From NCBI GenBank assembly GCA_963743035.1, contig CAVUOB010000002.1, forward strand, positions 216,692-280,691: DNA of 64,000 nt, in the 5' to 3' direction. Positions 53,200-64,000 of the stretch are shown here, in pieces. Under the pieces are notes generated by a model, which worked only from the letters and a program-made list of their open reading frames with translations, had not been told where the DNA came from and did not search any database. Position numbers and translations under genes: made by a program. This stretch comes from an uncultured Alphaproteobacteria bacterium. Its GTDB lineage: Bacteria; Pseudomonadota; Alphaproteobacteria; Acetobacterales; Acetobacteraceae. Each line of letters starts with the position of its first letter. The first letter of the stretch is position 1.

Positions 53200-54372
53200 T
53201 TACTTTGGCGGGCGCGCGCGGATGCCCTTCTCATTGACCTCGATGCCCCATCCCGGGCCGGTCGGCAGCACGAATTCCCCGTTCTCGATCACCGGCGGCA
53301 CCATGACGAACTCGTCGCGCCAGGCGATGCTGTCGATGTCGATTTCCATCACCCGGAAATTCGGCACGATGGCGCAGAAATGCGCGGAAATGGCGCTGCA
53401 CAGATGGCCGTAGAAATTATGCGGCGCGACGTTCACCTCATAGGTCTCCGCCATCGTGGCGATCTTTATCGATTCCGCCAGGCCGTTCCAGATGACATCG
53501 ATGATGGGGACGTCGCAGGCATAGGCTTCCAGATAGGGGCGGAATTCCCGACGGCCGTGCAGCGTCTCGCAGGAGGCGATGGGACAGGGGGCATTGCTGC
53601 GGATCCACGCCAGCGAGGCCGGATCATGCGTGTCGATCTCCAGCCAGGTCAGGTCGAACGGCGCCACAATGTCGGCGACGCGCTTGAAGCCCTCGGTCTT
53701 GAAATTGAAGTTGATGTCGAGATGGATGTTCATCTCCGGCCCGACAGCATCGCGGATGGCGCCGAGCTGCTCGGCCGCGTCACGCAGCGTCCTGTTGTCC
53801 CAGTTCAGCGCCGGCCAGCCGGGCGTGCGACCGAAGCCGGGGGTGTAGGAGGACAGCGTGTCGCCGGCCTTCGGCATGATGTTGGTCTTCAGCCCGCGAA
53901 AACCGAGCTTCTTCACCTCTTCGGCATGGCGCGCGAGATCGGCGTAGTTGTGGATCGGCGGCACCCCCATCATCGCTGCGCTGCGCACGCGGTAGGTGCC
54001 GAAATGCGACCAGTAGACCGGGATGGTCTCGCGCACCGGGCCGCCGAACAGCGCATAGACGGGCACGCCCAACGCCTTGCCGGCGATGTCCAGCATCGCG
54101 TTCTCGATCGCCGCGATGGCCTGCTGGTTCAGCCCGCCGCGCGACTGGCGGGTCAGCACGTGCAGGGTGGAGACCACCTGCTCGAACCGCTGCGGGTCCT
54201 TGCCGATCAGCAGCGGCGTCAGCGCGCGGATCACGTCCGACAACCCGGCGCTGCCGAAACTTTCGTTGAATTCCGACCAGCCGATGATGCCTTCATCGGT
54301 GGTCATCTTCAGGAACGAGAAAATGCGCCAGCCGGCATCGGCCTGCATGGTCTCAATGGCGGTGATCTTCAT
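53200..54372 (-). CDS. Enolase-superfamily enzyme (mandelate racemase/muconate lactonizing family; acid-sugar dehydratase-like)
   Basis: MKITAIETMQ...TTDEGIIGWSEFNE. 390 aa, with acidic metal-ligand blocks (HLDINF, WLEID). Confidence 0.85.
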   Translation of the reverse strand: MKITAIETMQADAGWRIFSFLKMTTDEGIIGWSEFNESFGSAGLSDVIRALTPLLIGKDPQRFEQVVSTLHVLTRQSRGGLNQQAIAAIENAMLDIAGKALGVPVYALFGGPVRETIPVYWSHFGTYRVRSAAMMGVPPIHNYADLARHAEEVKKLGFRGLKTNIMPKAGDTLSSYTPGFGRTPGWPALNWDNRTLRDAAEQLGAIRDAVGPEMNIHLDINFNFKTEGFKRVADIVAPFDLTWLEIDTHDPASLAWIRSNAPCPIASCETLHGRREFRPYLEAYACDVPIIDVIWNGLAESIKIATMAETYEVNVAPHNFYGHLCSAISAHFCAIVPNFRVMEIDIDSIAWRDEFVMVPPVIENGEFVLPTGPGWGIEVNEKGIRARPPK

Positions 54373-54390
54373 GGACTTCCCCCTGGGTCG

Positions 54391-55338
54391 CTATTCCTTC
54401 ACGGCCCCGGTCAGGCTGGAGACGTAATATTCAACGAAGAACGAGTAGAACAGCGCCACCGGGATGGAGCCGAGCAGGGAGCCCGCCATCAGCGAGCCCC
54501 ATTGGTACACGTCCCCGGTGACCAACTCGGTCAGGATCGCCACCGGCACGGTCTTGTTCTCGCTCGATTGGATGAAGGCGAGGGCATAGATGAACTCGTT
54601 CCAGGACAGCGTGAAGGCGAAGATGCCGGCCGAGATCAGCCCGGGGACCGCCAGCGGCAGGGTGATGCGCCAGAGGATCTGCAGGCGGGACGCGCCGTCG
54701 ATCAGCGCACATTCCTCCAGCTCATAGGGGATCGACTTGAAATAGCCGATCAGCAGCCAGGTGCAGAACGGGATCAGGAAGGTCGGGTAGGTCAGGATCA
54801 GCGCCACCGGATGGTCGTACAGGCCGAGCTGGTACACCACGCTGGCGAGCGGAATGAACAGGATCGACGGTGGCACCATGTAGGCGAAATAGATCATCAG
54901 CCCGACATTGCGGTCGCCGCGGAAGCGCAGCCGGGCGATGGCGTAGGCCGCCAGCACGGAGGAGAAGATCGACAGGACGGTGGAGGCGATCGCTACCGAC
55001 ATGGTGACGAACAGCCAGCGCGGATATTCGGTCTCGAACAGCAGCACGCGGATGTTGTGCAGCGTCGGGGAGTGCACCCAGAACGGGCTGAACCTGGCGT
55101 AGTCGTACATCTCGGAATCGGGTTTGATGGCGGTGATCGTCATCCAGTAGAACGGGAACAGCAGCACCAGCACGAAGATCGCCAGCGGCACATAGACCGT
55201 GACGGTCCGGCGCAGCCGCGAATCCCAGGACAGCTGTTCCGGTGCGTCCATCGTGGAGGTGGCGATTTCCGCTTCCAGCGCAGACAGGGTCTTCAGCGCC
55301 CCCGTTGTCTGGGGGTGAGCGGTCTGGACCTCAGTCAT
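54391..55338 (-). CDS. Carbohydrate ABC transporter permease (MalG-like)
   Basis: EAA loop SIPYELEECALIDGASRLQILWRITLPLAVPG. Confidence 0.85.
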   Translation of the reverse strand: MTEVQTAHPQTTGALKTLSALEAEIATSTMDAPEQLSWDSRLRRTVTVYVPLAIFVLVLLFPFYWMTITAIKPDSEMYDYARFSPFWVHSPTLHNIRVLLFETEYPRWLFVTMSVAIASTVLSIFSSVLAAYAIARLRFRGDRNVGLMIYFAYMVPPSILFIPLASVVYQLGLYDHPVALILTYPTFLIPFCTWLLIGYFKSIPYELEECALIDGASRLQILWRITLPLAVPGLISAGIFAFTLSWNEFIYALAFIQSSENKTVPVAILTELVTGDVYQWGSLMAGSLLGSIPVALFYSFFVEYYVSSLTGAVKE

Positions 55339-56315
55339 TCGCTTCGCCCTGCTGCCATTTGCGCCGCCCGAGGCCGAAATACGTCGCCAGGGTTGCGGCG
55401 ACCAGGAACGGGATCATCGCCACCGCGATCGCCGCGCCCTCGCCGAGCTGCGAGCCGGGGATCGCGCGCTGGAACGCCAGCGTCGCCATCAGATGGGTGG
55501 AGTTGAACGGGCCGCCGCGGGTGATGGCGTAGACCAGCTGGAAGTCGGTGAAGGTGAACAGCACCGAAAGCGTCAGCACCACCGAAAGGATCGGCATCAG
55601 CAGCGGCACCGTGATGCGGCGGAAGCGCTGCCAGCCGGAAGCGCCGTCCAGCAACGCCGCCTCGTAGAGCGACGGCGGGATGGTCTGCAGCCCGGCCAGC
55701 AGGGTGATGGCGATGAACGGAATGCCGCGCCAGACATTGGCCACCACCAGCGACCAGCGCGCCGCCCAGGGCGTGCCGAGGAAGTTGATGTAGTGGTCCA
55801 GCCATCCCAGCCGGTCCACCAGCACATAGGAAACGATCGAGAACTGCGGCGAATAGATCCACCACCAGGCGATCGCCGACAGCACGGTGGGCACGATGAA
55901 GGGCAGCAGCACGATGGCGCGGATGAAGGCCTTGAACGGCACGTGGTGGTTCAGCAGCAGCGCCAGCCACAGCCCGAGGGCAAATTTAACCACCGTGGTG
56001 ACGCCGGTGTAGAAGAACGTGTTGAAGACGGACAGCCAGAAGACCGGATCGTCCCACAGCGAGATGAAATTATCGAGGCCGATGAACTCCCCGGGGTTGC
56101 CGATGGTCGCATCGGTGAAGGCCAGCCAGATGCCGAGGCCGAGCGGATAGGTCAGGAACACGATCAGCAGCGCCGCCGTCGGCAGCATGCAGATCGCCAC
56201 CAGGAACGGCTTGTAGTCGAACAGCCGCACCAGCCAGCTATCCGGCCGGCGGCTGAACGCCAGGGCCTGCGCCCGGGGCGCCGGCGGCTTGCCGGTTTCG
56301 GCGGTCGACGTCCAT
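55331..56315 (-). pseudogene. Carbohydrate ABC transporter permease (MalF-like); canonical SD+ATG lies 1 nt out of frame, currently fused in frame to the upstream SBP
   Basis: The permease sequence (…FLVAICMLPTAALLIVFLTYP..., EAA loop PPSLYEAALLDGASGWQRFRRITVP) is the C-terminal third of the 799-aa ORF. GGAGAG-N5-ATG at 56315 is offset by one G. An alternative in-frame GTG (VRLFDYKPF) exists. Confidence 0.75.
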
Positions 56316-56382
56316 GCGGTCTCTCCAGGAAACCTGCTGCCGCTGCCGGGCCGGCATCGCTGCCGGCCCGGCGATTCCGGCG

Positions 56383-57730
56383 TCAGGCCTTGCTTGTAGT
56401 AGCGGGCAGCGGCGCGGGCGGCTTCCTTGGCCGCCGCTTCGGGCGTGGAATTGCCGGTGACGACGGCGGCGAACATGTCCACCACGGTGTAGTTGGCGGT
56501 GACCGCGCTGGAGGCGGCGGTGACCGGACCCTTGTAGCCGTCGTAGTAGATCGTATCCATCGCGGTCCGGAACGGCGCGAAGTTGGGATCGCTGTCCCAG
56601 AACTTCATCTTGGCGTAGGCCTTCAGCGACTGCGACCAGTAGCCGATGCAGTTGGACAGCCAGGGGCCGTACTGCTCCGCCTCCATCATGAAGCGGATAT
56701 AGTCCTTCGCCGCGTTCGGGTATTTGGTGTGCTGGAACACCATCGCGTTCATGGGCGTCGCGGATTGCGGCGCCACCTTGGCCGCTCCGAAGGGTTGGGT
56801 CTGGTGCAGGGTATCCGCCGCGATCGCCCGCTGCGCCGCATCGGCCGAGTTCTTCAGCACGTAGTAGATCGAGATGCCGTTGAAGGTCAGGCCGATCTTG
56901 CCGGCGATATAGGCCTGGTTGTTGCCGGCGTCGTTCCATTGCAGCGTGCCGTCGATCAACGTCTTCTGCAGCTCGGTGGCATATTTCAGCGCCGCGATCG
57001 TCTCCTTGGAATCGAGCGCGATCTTGCCCTTCTCGTCCACCAGATAGGCGTTGTGCGTCCATAGCAGCCAGGAAGCGTAGCCATTGGCATCGCCCAGCGC
57101 ATGGCCGAGGGAGAAGCCGGCGGGGTGGCCGTTCTGCTTCAGCTTCTGGCACAGCGTCAGGAAGCCGTTCAGGTCATCGGGGATCTTGTCGTAGCCGGCT
57201 TCCTTGACCCAGGACTTGCGATAGACCGTCGGGCCGTTGCCGCCGCCAACCGGGATCGAGATCCACTGCTTGGTGCCCCATTTCTGGCCGTAGATCTCGG
57301 CCAGGCGGAACCAGCCGCCGTATTTGCTGCCGAGATAGTCGGCGAGGCTGGTCAGGTCGACCAGCTTCGAGGCATAGACCTGCGGGTCGGAGCTGAACCC
57401 GATGACGATATCCGGCCCGGCGCCGGTATTGGCGGTCACCGCGGTTTGCGGGCGGATGTCTTCCCAGCTGACGAAATCGACGCGCACGGGAATGCCGGTC
57501 GCATCGGTGTATTTCTTGGTGTTCGCCCGCCAGAAGGTTTCGTCCGGGTCCACGAACTTCGCCGGGCGGAGCACGCGCAGCTCGGCGCCCTTCTCGAGCT
57601 TGAGGTCCATCGGGGCGACTTTTGCCGTCGGCACGTCGTCGTCCGCCCTGGCGCCGGTTGCCGGCAGGATGGCGGCGCCAAGCGCGGCGGCACCGAGCGT
57701 CAGCGATTCCCGTCTGGTGAACTCAGTCAT
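56383..57730 (-). pseudogene. Carbohydrate ABC transporter substrate-binding protein (CUT1), stop codon lost by an apparent 1-nt insertion
   Basis: Tat signal MTEFTRRESLTLGAAALGAAILPATGARA and an SBP_bac_1-like body to ...ARYYKQ. TGA 56383-56385 is 1 nt out of frame. A perfect 12-bp hairpin (56345-56372) follows, as expected for an intergenic spacer. Confidence 0.75.
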
Positions 57731-57841
57731 GGCGTGCTCCCTTGATGGTTTTCGTCTCGTCCCCCTCCGGTCGTTGCCGGCGGGGCTTGGTGTCGATCAG
57801 CCTCCAGTGTCTCGCAGCGTCAGTGTCAGGTAGTTCCGGTG

Positions 57842-58912
<1,071 letters not shown>

Positions 58913-58962
58913 TCTTGTTTTTGTACCTCCCCTGCCTGCGTAAGCCGCCGCCGCGGTTCAGC

Positions 58963-60591
58963 TCATAGCTTGGAAACCCGCGTCTCCTTGCTGGTGATGA
59001 ATTCCAGCAGCGCCGGCACGCCGGCCTCGGTCTGGGCGATGCCGCGCTTGATCGCGGCGACGATTTCGCCCGGATCCGTCACCCGCTCCCCATAGCCGCC
59101 GAAGGCACGCGCCATCGCCGCATAGTCGCCGGAGATGTCGGTGGAGCGGTATTTCTCGGTCGAAACCGGCATCACCTTCAGTTCGATCGCCATCGAGAAA
59201 TTGTTCAGCAGGATCGACAGGAACGGGATTTTTTCCCGCACCGCGGTCTCGAAATCCATGCCGGTGAAGCCGATCGCGGCATCGCCCCACAGATTGATGC
59301 AGAGCTTGTCCGGCTTCGCCAGCTTGGCGCCCATGGCGAGGCCGAGGCCGTAGCCGAGCTGCGTGGTCTTGCCCCAGCCGATATAGGAAAGCGGCGTGGT
59401 GGAGGTCCAGAACGGCGAGATCTGATCGCGCGGGCTGCCGGCGTCGTGGGTGATGATGGTGTTGTCCAGATCCACCGTGTGCATCAGGTCCCAGATCACG
59501 CGGTAGGGATTGAGCGGCGTGTCCTTGGACGTCAGCAGCGGCATCCACTGGTCCATCCAGGGCTTCTTGACCTTCTGGATCTCGGCCGCCACAGGCGAGG
59601 GATCGCGCGGGCTGGAGATCAGGCTGCCGAGTTCGGCCAGCAGCGCATCCAGGGTCAGCGCCGCATCGCCCACCAGGCCGAGCGCGCAACGCACGTCCTT
59701 GTTCAGATGCGCGCTGTCCAGCGTGGCGTGGATGATCGTCTTGCCCTTGGGCATCGAGACGCCGAAATTGGTTTCGGTGAACGAGCAGCCGATGCCGAAG
59801 ATGACGTCGGACTGGTCGAGGAAATGGCGCACCGGCGCCGGAATGGCGTTGCCGCCGGAGCCGAGCGACAGCGGATGGGTTTCCGGAAACGAGCTCTTGC
59901 CGCCCAGGCTGGTGGTGATCGGCGCGCCCAGCAGTTCCACCAGGCGCTTCAGCTGCGGCCATGCCTCGGCATAATGCACGCCCTGGCCGGCATAGATCAC
60001 CGGGCGCTTGGCATTGGCCAGCAGCCTTGCCGCTTCCTTCACCTGCTGCGGATCAGGGCCGGAGCGGGCCCTGACCACCGGGGTGTAGTCCAGCGGCTCC
60101 GGGATTTCCTCGTTCCAGACGTCGGTGGGGATTTCCACCAGGCAGGGGCCGCCGCGGCCGTTGCGCAGCTGGGTGAAGGCGCGGCGGAAGACGTTGACCA
60201 CTTCGGCCGGCACGTTCAGCGGCTCGGCCAGCTTGGTGATCCCGCGCATGGCGCGGACGGAATTGAAGTTGGGGTCGATATTGGCGATGCGGCGGGGATA
60301 GCCCTGCGGCAGCACCAGCACCGGAACCGACTCGCCATAGCATTGCGCGACGCCGCCATAGGCGTTCTCCGCCCCCGGGCCGTGCTGCATGCAGAACGCG
60401 CCGAGCTTCTTGCCGGAGGTGACGCGGGAAATGGCGTCCGCCATGTGCAGGCCGATCCGCTCCTGGCGGACGATGACCGGACGGATATCGGCCTTGGCGG
60501 CGAATTCCAGCAGGTGGTTGACAGGGTAGCCGCAGAGGATCTCGATCCCCTCGCGCTTCATGATTTCCGCAATCGCGTCGCCGAGCTTCAT
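58963..60591 (-). CDS. Thiamine-pyrophosphate-dependent enzyme (acetolactate-synthase-like superfamily), first gene of the catabolic operon
   Basis: Start chosen at MKLGDAIAEIMKREG (AAGAGGGG 9-10 nt upstream; an ATG at 60600 is too close to the SD). TPP motif GDAAIGFTG...NN. Colinear with 2628..4280. Confidence 0.8.
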   Translation of the reverse strand: MKLGDAIAEIMKREGIEILCGYPVNHLLEFAAKADIRPVIVRQERIGLHMADAISRVTSGKKLGAFCMQHGPGAENAYGGVAQCYGESVPVLVLPQGYPRRIANIDPNFNSVRAMRGITKLAEPLNVPAEVVNVFRRAFTQLRNGRGGPCLVEIPTDVWNEEIPEPLDYTPVVRARSGPDPQQVKEAARLLANAKRPVIYAGQGVHYAEAWPQLKRLVELLGAPITTSLGGKSSFPETHPLSLGSGGNAIPAPVRHFLDQSDVIFGIGCSFTETNFGVSMPKGKTIIHATLDSAHLNKDVRCALGLVGDAALTLDALLAELGSLISSPRDPSPVAAEIQKVKKPWMDQWMPLLTSKDTPLNPYRVIWDLMHTVDLDNTIITHDAGSPRDQISPFWTSTTPLSYIGWGKTTQLGYGLGLAMGAKLAKPDKLCINLWGDAAIGFTGMDFETAVREKIPFLSILLNNFSMAIELKVMPVSTEKYRSTDISGDYAAMARAFGGYGERVTDPGEIVAAIKRGIAQTEAGVPALLEFITSKETRVSKL

Positions 60592-60634
60592 TGGATCCAT
60601 CCCCTCTTGTTCGTCTCTTGGAGTTGCGGGAAGC

Positions 60635-61612
60635 CTAGGGCGGCGTTTCCGGGCTGGCAACCATCGGGCTTGCGATCATTGGGCTTGCGACTGGGGGACT
60701 GGTAATCAACTGCCCCGCACCGGCGCTTCCCGGCCGCGCCAGCAGCGCCACGGCCGCTTCCAACGCATCCGCCACCGGCAGGCCCGCCATCGTGCCGTCC
60801 CGCGACAGCACCGCCGCCGCGCGCGGGCCGGAGGGGCCGTACTCGCCCGCCGGGGTGGGACCGAACAGGCCGAGCGTCGGCGCCCCGGCGGCCGCGGCCA
60901 GGTGCATCAGCCCGGAATCATTGCCGACATACAGTGCCGCGCGGGCGAAGCACGCCGCCACCTCCGGCAGGCTGAGCTTGCCGCAGAGATCGATCGCGCC
61001 CGGCAGGGCGGCGATCAGCGGCGCGGCCATCGCCGCCTCCTCGCTTCCCGGGCCGGCGAAGATGGCGGGAATGGCGCCAGCCAGGGGGCCGGTGGCCAGC
61101 GCCTGGAACAGCGCGGCGAAACGCTCGGGCGCCCAGGTCTTCGGTGCCCAGTTGGCGGTGGGGCCCAGCGCGATCACCGGCCTTCCCTCCGGCAGCAAGC
61201 GGCCGGCCAGGGCACGGTCCTCCGGCGCGGTCCAGACCACCGGCAGCGGCGGCGGATCGAGTTTCAGCACCCCCGCAAGCTCCACGATCTTGTGCCCCGG
61301 CCTGCGCCGCCAGACGGCGCGGCGCGCGGTCGGTACCATCCAGGACAGCGCGGAGCCGCGGATATCCACGACCAGGTCCCACCAATGCGGTGCCACCCGG
61401 GCCCACAGCGCCAGCCAGTGCCGGCCATAGGGCCGCTTGTCCAGGATGATGGTCCGCTCGCGGTTCGGCATGCGGGCGAACACCCCCTCCGCCACCCGGC
61501 CGCAGGCCACCGTGATCCGCGCCCGCGGATAGGCGCGGATCAGGTGATCGAGCAGCCCGGTCGAGAGAATGGCGTCGCCGACACGGTTGGAGGTAACGAA
61601 AAGAATGCGCAT
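60635..61612 (-). CDS. Glycosyltransferase family 9 (LPS heptosyltransferase-like)
   Basis: MRILFVTSNRVGDAILSTG...GNDSGLMHLAAA. The upstream part of ORF 60635..61783 reads through repeat copy C. Confidence 0.8.
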   Translation of the reverse strand: MRILFVTSNRVGDAILSTGLLDHLIRAYPRARITVACGRVAEGVFARMPNRERTIILDKRPYGRHWLALWARVAPHWWDLVVDIRGSALSWMVPTARRAVWRRRPGHKIVELAGVLKLDPPPLPVVWTAPEDRALAGRLLPEGRPVIALGPTANWAPKTWAPERFAALFQALATGPLAGAIPAIFAGPGSEEAAMAAPLIAALPGAIDLCGKLSLPEVAACFARAALYVGNDSGLMHLAAAAGAPTLGLFGPTPAGEYGPSGPRAAAVLSRDGTMAGLPVADALEAAVALLARPGSAGAGQLITSPPVASPMIASPMVASPETPP

Positions 61613-61655
61613 TGCCGCAGCGGGATAGCACGTCCGGGCCGGTTGGCCAGCAAGG

Positions 61656-61895
61656 TTGGGGCTCCGCCCCAAACCCCGGCAGGGGGCGCTGCCCCCTGCA
61701 CCCCCGCCAAGGGACAGTCGTCCCTTGGATCCCTCGGACTGGTTTGTTGGGAAGAGGGCCATGACGTAGCCTATCAGCGGCAACGTCGGTTGGGCCCTCT
61801 TCCCAACAAACCAAACGGAATGGGGTCAAGGGGATGACCATCCCCTTGCAGGGTGGAGGGGCAGCGCCCCTCCTGGGGTCTGGGGCAAAGCCCCA
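61656..61895. repeat. Multi-hairpin nested palindromic intergenic element, copy C
   Basis: Same hairpin order as copy A plus extra 5' hairpins (TTGGGGCtccGCCCCAA; GCAGGGGGCgctGCCCCCTGC). 20-bp central stem at 61741-61760 / 61793-61812. Confidence 0.85.
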
Positions 61896-61954
61896 GTCTT
61901 GCCTTGCGAACGGTCACGGGGCAGCTTGCCGCCATCAGTCAGGGGAGCATGGAA

Positions 61955-63157
61955 ATGGCCGACGATCATTCGAGCACGGCAGGCAGCGGCGAGACATTGG
62001 TGCCGATCGGGGAGGATTTCCCGGAACTGCGCGACAGTGTGCGCCGCATCTGTGCCAAATATCCCGGCGCCTATTGGCGCGCGCTGGAGGACGAGAAGGC
62101 CTATCCCACCGCCTTCGTGCGCGAGCTGACCGAGGCCGGCTTCCTCGGCGCGCTGATCCCGGAGGAATACGGCGGCAGCGGGCTGAGCCTGCGGGCGGCC
62201 GCGGTGATTCTGGAGGAGATCAATGCCTGCGGCTGCAATGCCAGCCAGGGCCACGCGCAGATGTACATCATGGGCACGCTGCTGCGGCATGGCAGCGAGG
62301 CGCAGAAGCGCAAATATCTGCCGGAGATCGCCGCCGGACGGATCACGCTGCAGGCCTTCGGCGTGACCGAGCCCACCACCGGCTCCGACACCACGCAGCT
62401 CAAGACCCGTGCGGTGCGTGACGGGGATGGGTATCTGGTCAGCGGGCAGAAGGTCTGGACCTCGCGGGCGATGCATTCGGACATGATGCTGCTGCTGGCG
62501 AGGACGCAGTCGGCGGACCAGGTGAAGAAGCGCTCGGACGGGCTGTCGGTGTTCCTGATCGACCTGAAGGCCAATTTGGGCAAGGGTCTGGATATTCGTC
62601 CCATCGACGCGATGATCAACCACAACACGACGGAAGTGTTCTTCGACAACATGCGCATTCCCGCCGACAGCCTGATCGGCGAGGAGGGCAAGGGCTTCCG
62701 CTACATCCTGGACGGCATGAACGCCGAGCGGGTGCTGGTGGCGAGCGAGGCGATCGGCGACGGCAAGTTCTTCATCCGTAAATCCGTCGACTACGCCAAC
62801 AGCCGCGTGGTGTTCGGCCGTCCAATCGGCCAGAACCAGGCTGTGCAATTTCCGATCGCCCGCGCCTGGGCGGAGCTGGAAGCCGCCGACATGATCTGCC
62901 GCCGCGCGGCGGCGTTGTTCGATGACGGCAAGGAATGCGGCGCGGACGCCAATATCGCCAAGCTGCTGGCCTCCGAGGCCGCGTGGAAGGCGGCGGAAGC
63001 GGCGATGCAGACGCATGGCGGCTTCGCCTATGCGCGGGAATACGACATCGAGCGCAAGTGGCGCGACACGCGGCTGACGCAGATCGCGCCGATTTCCACG
63101 AACATGATCCTGGCTTATGTCGGCCAGCATGTGCTGGGCATGCCCCGGTCTTATTAG
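61955..63157 (+). CDS. Acyl-CoA dehydrogenase family protein
   Basis: AGGGGAG lies 7 nt before ATG 61955 (MADDHS...). ACAD motifs FGVTEPTTGSD and ...YAREYDIERKWRD. Confidence 0.85.
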   Translation: MADDHSSTAGSGETLVPIGEDFPELRDSVRRICAKYPGAYWRALEDEKAYPTAFVRELTEAGFLGALIPEEYGGSGLSLRAAAVILEEINACGCNASQGHAQMYIMGTLLRHGSEAQKRKYLPEIAAGRITLQAFGVTEPTTGSDTTQLKTRAVRDGDGYLVSGQKVWTSRAMHSDMMLLLARTQSADQVKKRSDGLSVFLIDLKANLGKGLDIRPIDAMINHNTTEVFFDNMRIPADSLIGEEGKGFRYILDGMNAERVLVASEAIGDGKFFIRKSVDYANSRVVFGRPIGQNQAVQFPIARAWAELEAADMICRRAAALFDDGKECGADANIAKLLASEAAWKAAEAAMQTHGGFAYAREYDIERKWRDTRLTQIAPISTNMILAYVGQHVLGMPRSY

Positions 63158-63170
63158 AAGGTTCCTACTG

Positions 63171-63890
63171 ATGCGGATCGGCACGATCGTCGGGCTGAAC
63201 CGGTTTCCGGTGAAATCGATGCGGGCGGAGGCGCTTGCCCGCGCCGAAGTCGGCTGGAACGGGCTGCTGGGAGACCGGCAATATGCATTCGTGAAGGCGG
63301 CTAACCGCACGCGGTTTCCCTGGCTGACCGGGCGGGACGTGTTTCCGATGGTGCTGTACACCGCGCGCTTCACCGAGCCAGACAATCTGCGCAATTCTCC
63401 GGTGCGGGTAACCGCGCCGGACGGTTGGGAAGGCCCGCTGGACGATCCCGAATTGACCGACCTTCTGTCGCGGGCGGCCGGGGAGGAGGTGCGGCTGATC
63501 CAACTTGGCCGCGGCGCCTTCGACGCGATGCCGGTTTCCGTGGTGACCGAGGGCACCGACGCGGCCATCGGCGCTGCGCATGGCCGCGCGGTCGGGCTGG
63601 GCCGGTTCCGGATCAACCTGGTCGTACGCACCGAAGATCCCGCCATGCGGGAAACCGACTGGTTCGGCCGCAGGTTGATGATCGGCGAGGGGCCAGGCGC
63701 CGTGCGGCTGCGGACCGACGCGCCGGTGCTGCGCTGCGCGATGGTGACGCTCGATCCCGACACCGCACAACAGGACGTGTCCGTGCTGCGCACGGTGGCG
63801 CAGCGTTTCGAGAATTGCGTGGGGGCCTATTGCACGCCGGAGACCATCGGGACGATCGAAATGGGCGCCGCGGTGTGGCTGGAAGCCTAG
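63171..63890 (+). CDS. MOSC-domain-containing protein
   Basis: MRIGTIVGLNRFPVKSMRAE... (MOSC_N beta-barrel) and a C-terminal ...RFRINLVV...CAMVTLDPDT block. Confidence 0.75.
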   Translation: MRIGTIVGLNRFPVKSMRAEALARAEVGWNGLLGDRQYAFVKAANRTRFPWLTGRDVFPMVLYTARFTEPDNLRNSPVRVTAPDGWEGPLDDPELTDLLSRAAGEEVRLIQLGRGAFDAMPVSVVTEGTDAAIGAAHGRAVGLGRFRINLVVRTEDPAMRETDWFGRRLMIGEGPGAVRLRTDAPVLRCAMVTLDPDTAQQDVSVLRTVAQRFENCVGAYCTPETIGTIEMGAAVWLEA

Positions 63891-64000
63891 CCTGGCGCTG
63901 CCGCGAATTCCGGCCAGGGAGGGGATTGCGCGGTTGTTGACGCCCATGATCGTCTCGGGGATCAGCTACGTGGTCTGAGCCGGGCGTCCGCCTTTTGTTT

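Noticed and set aside
52213-55506. 1097-aa ORF on the plus strand
   Set aside because: It is antisense to four well-supported minus-strand genes (2-hydroxyacid dehydrogenase, enolase-superfamily enzyme, two permeases). The sequence is low-complexity and Arg/Gly/Asp/His-rich with no motifs.

Overview
GC-rich chromosomal segment, roughly two-thirds G+C by eye (not computed). Gene content and synteny (helicase, S4-domain protein, fdxA, carD; glnB-glnA; glnK-amtB; tRNA-His with encoded G-1/C73) point to an alphaproteobacterium, possibly Rhodospirillales/Acetobacteraceae; this assignment is inference only. I can support about 55 protein genes, one tRNA, several intrinsic terminators and two sigma54-type promoters. 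Content is mostly housekeeping and transport: a PqiBCA lipid-transport module, fumC, dadA, a small UDP-sugar/Und-P priming cluster, htpG, a tesA/ybbA/ybbP triad, a nitrogen locus (glnB-glnA-glnK-amtB-porin), and a roughly 10.6 kb carbohydrate-type catabolic operon of unassigned specificity. I found no transposase, integrase, CRISPR array, prophage or recognisable defence system. Three things stand out. (1) A family of about 210-250 bp multi-hairpin nested palindromic intergenic elements occurs in three copies. Their long central stems differ between copies but are perfectly compensated within each copy. (2) Nine apparent single-base indels break otherwise strongly conserved genes (LLM oxidoreductase, pqiB, M17 peptidase, ybbA-like ATPase, glnB, glnA, amtB) and fuse a sugar-binding protein to a permease. 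This is most likely assembly or consensus error, but it is biologically drastic if real. (3) Smaller oddities include an S4-domain gene with a perfect Shine-Dalgarno sequence (SD) in front of ATC and no canonical start, a CarD/CdnL homolog with a roughly 190-aa Ala/Lys/Pro-rich N-terminal extension, and a permuted pqiB-pqiC-pqiA order. Many very long ORFs in the six-frame track are antisense shadows typical of high-GC DNA.
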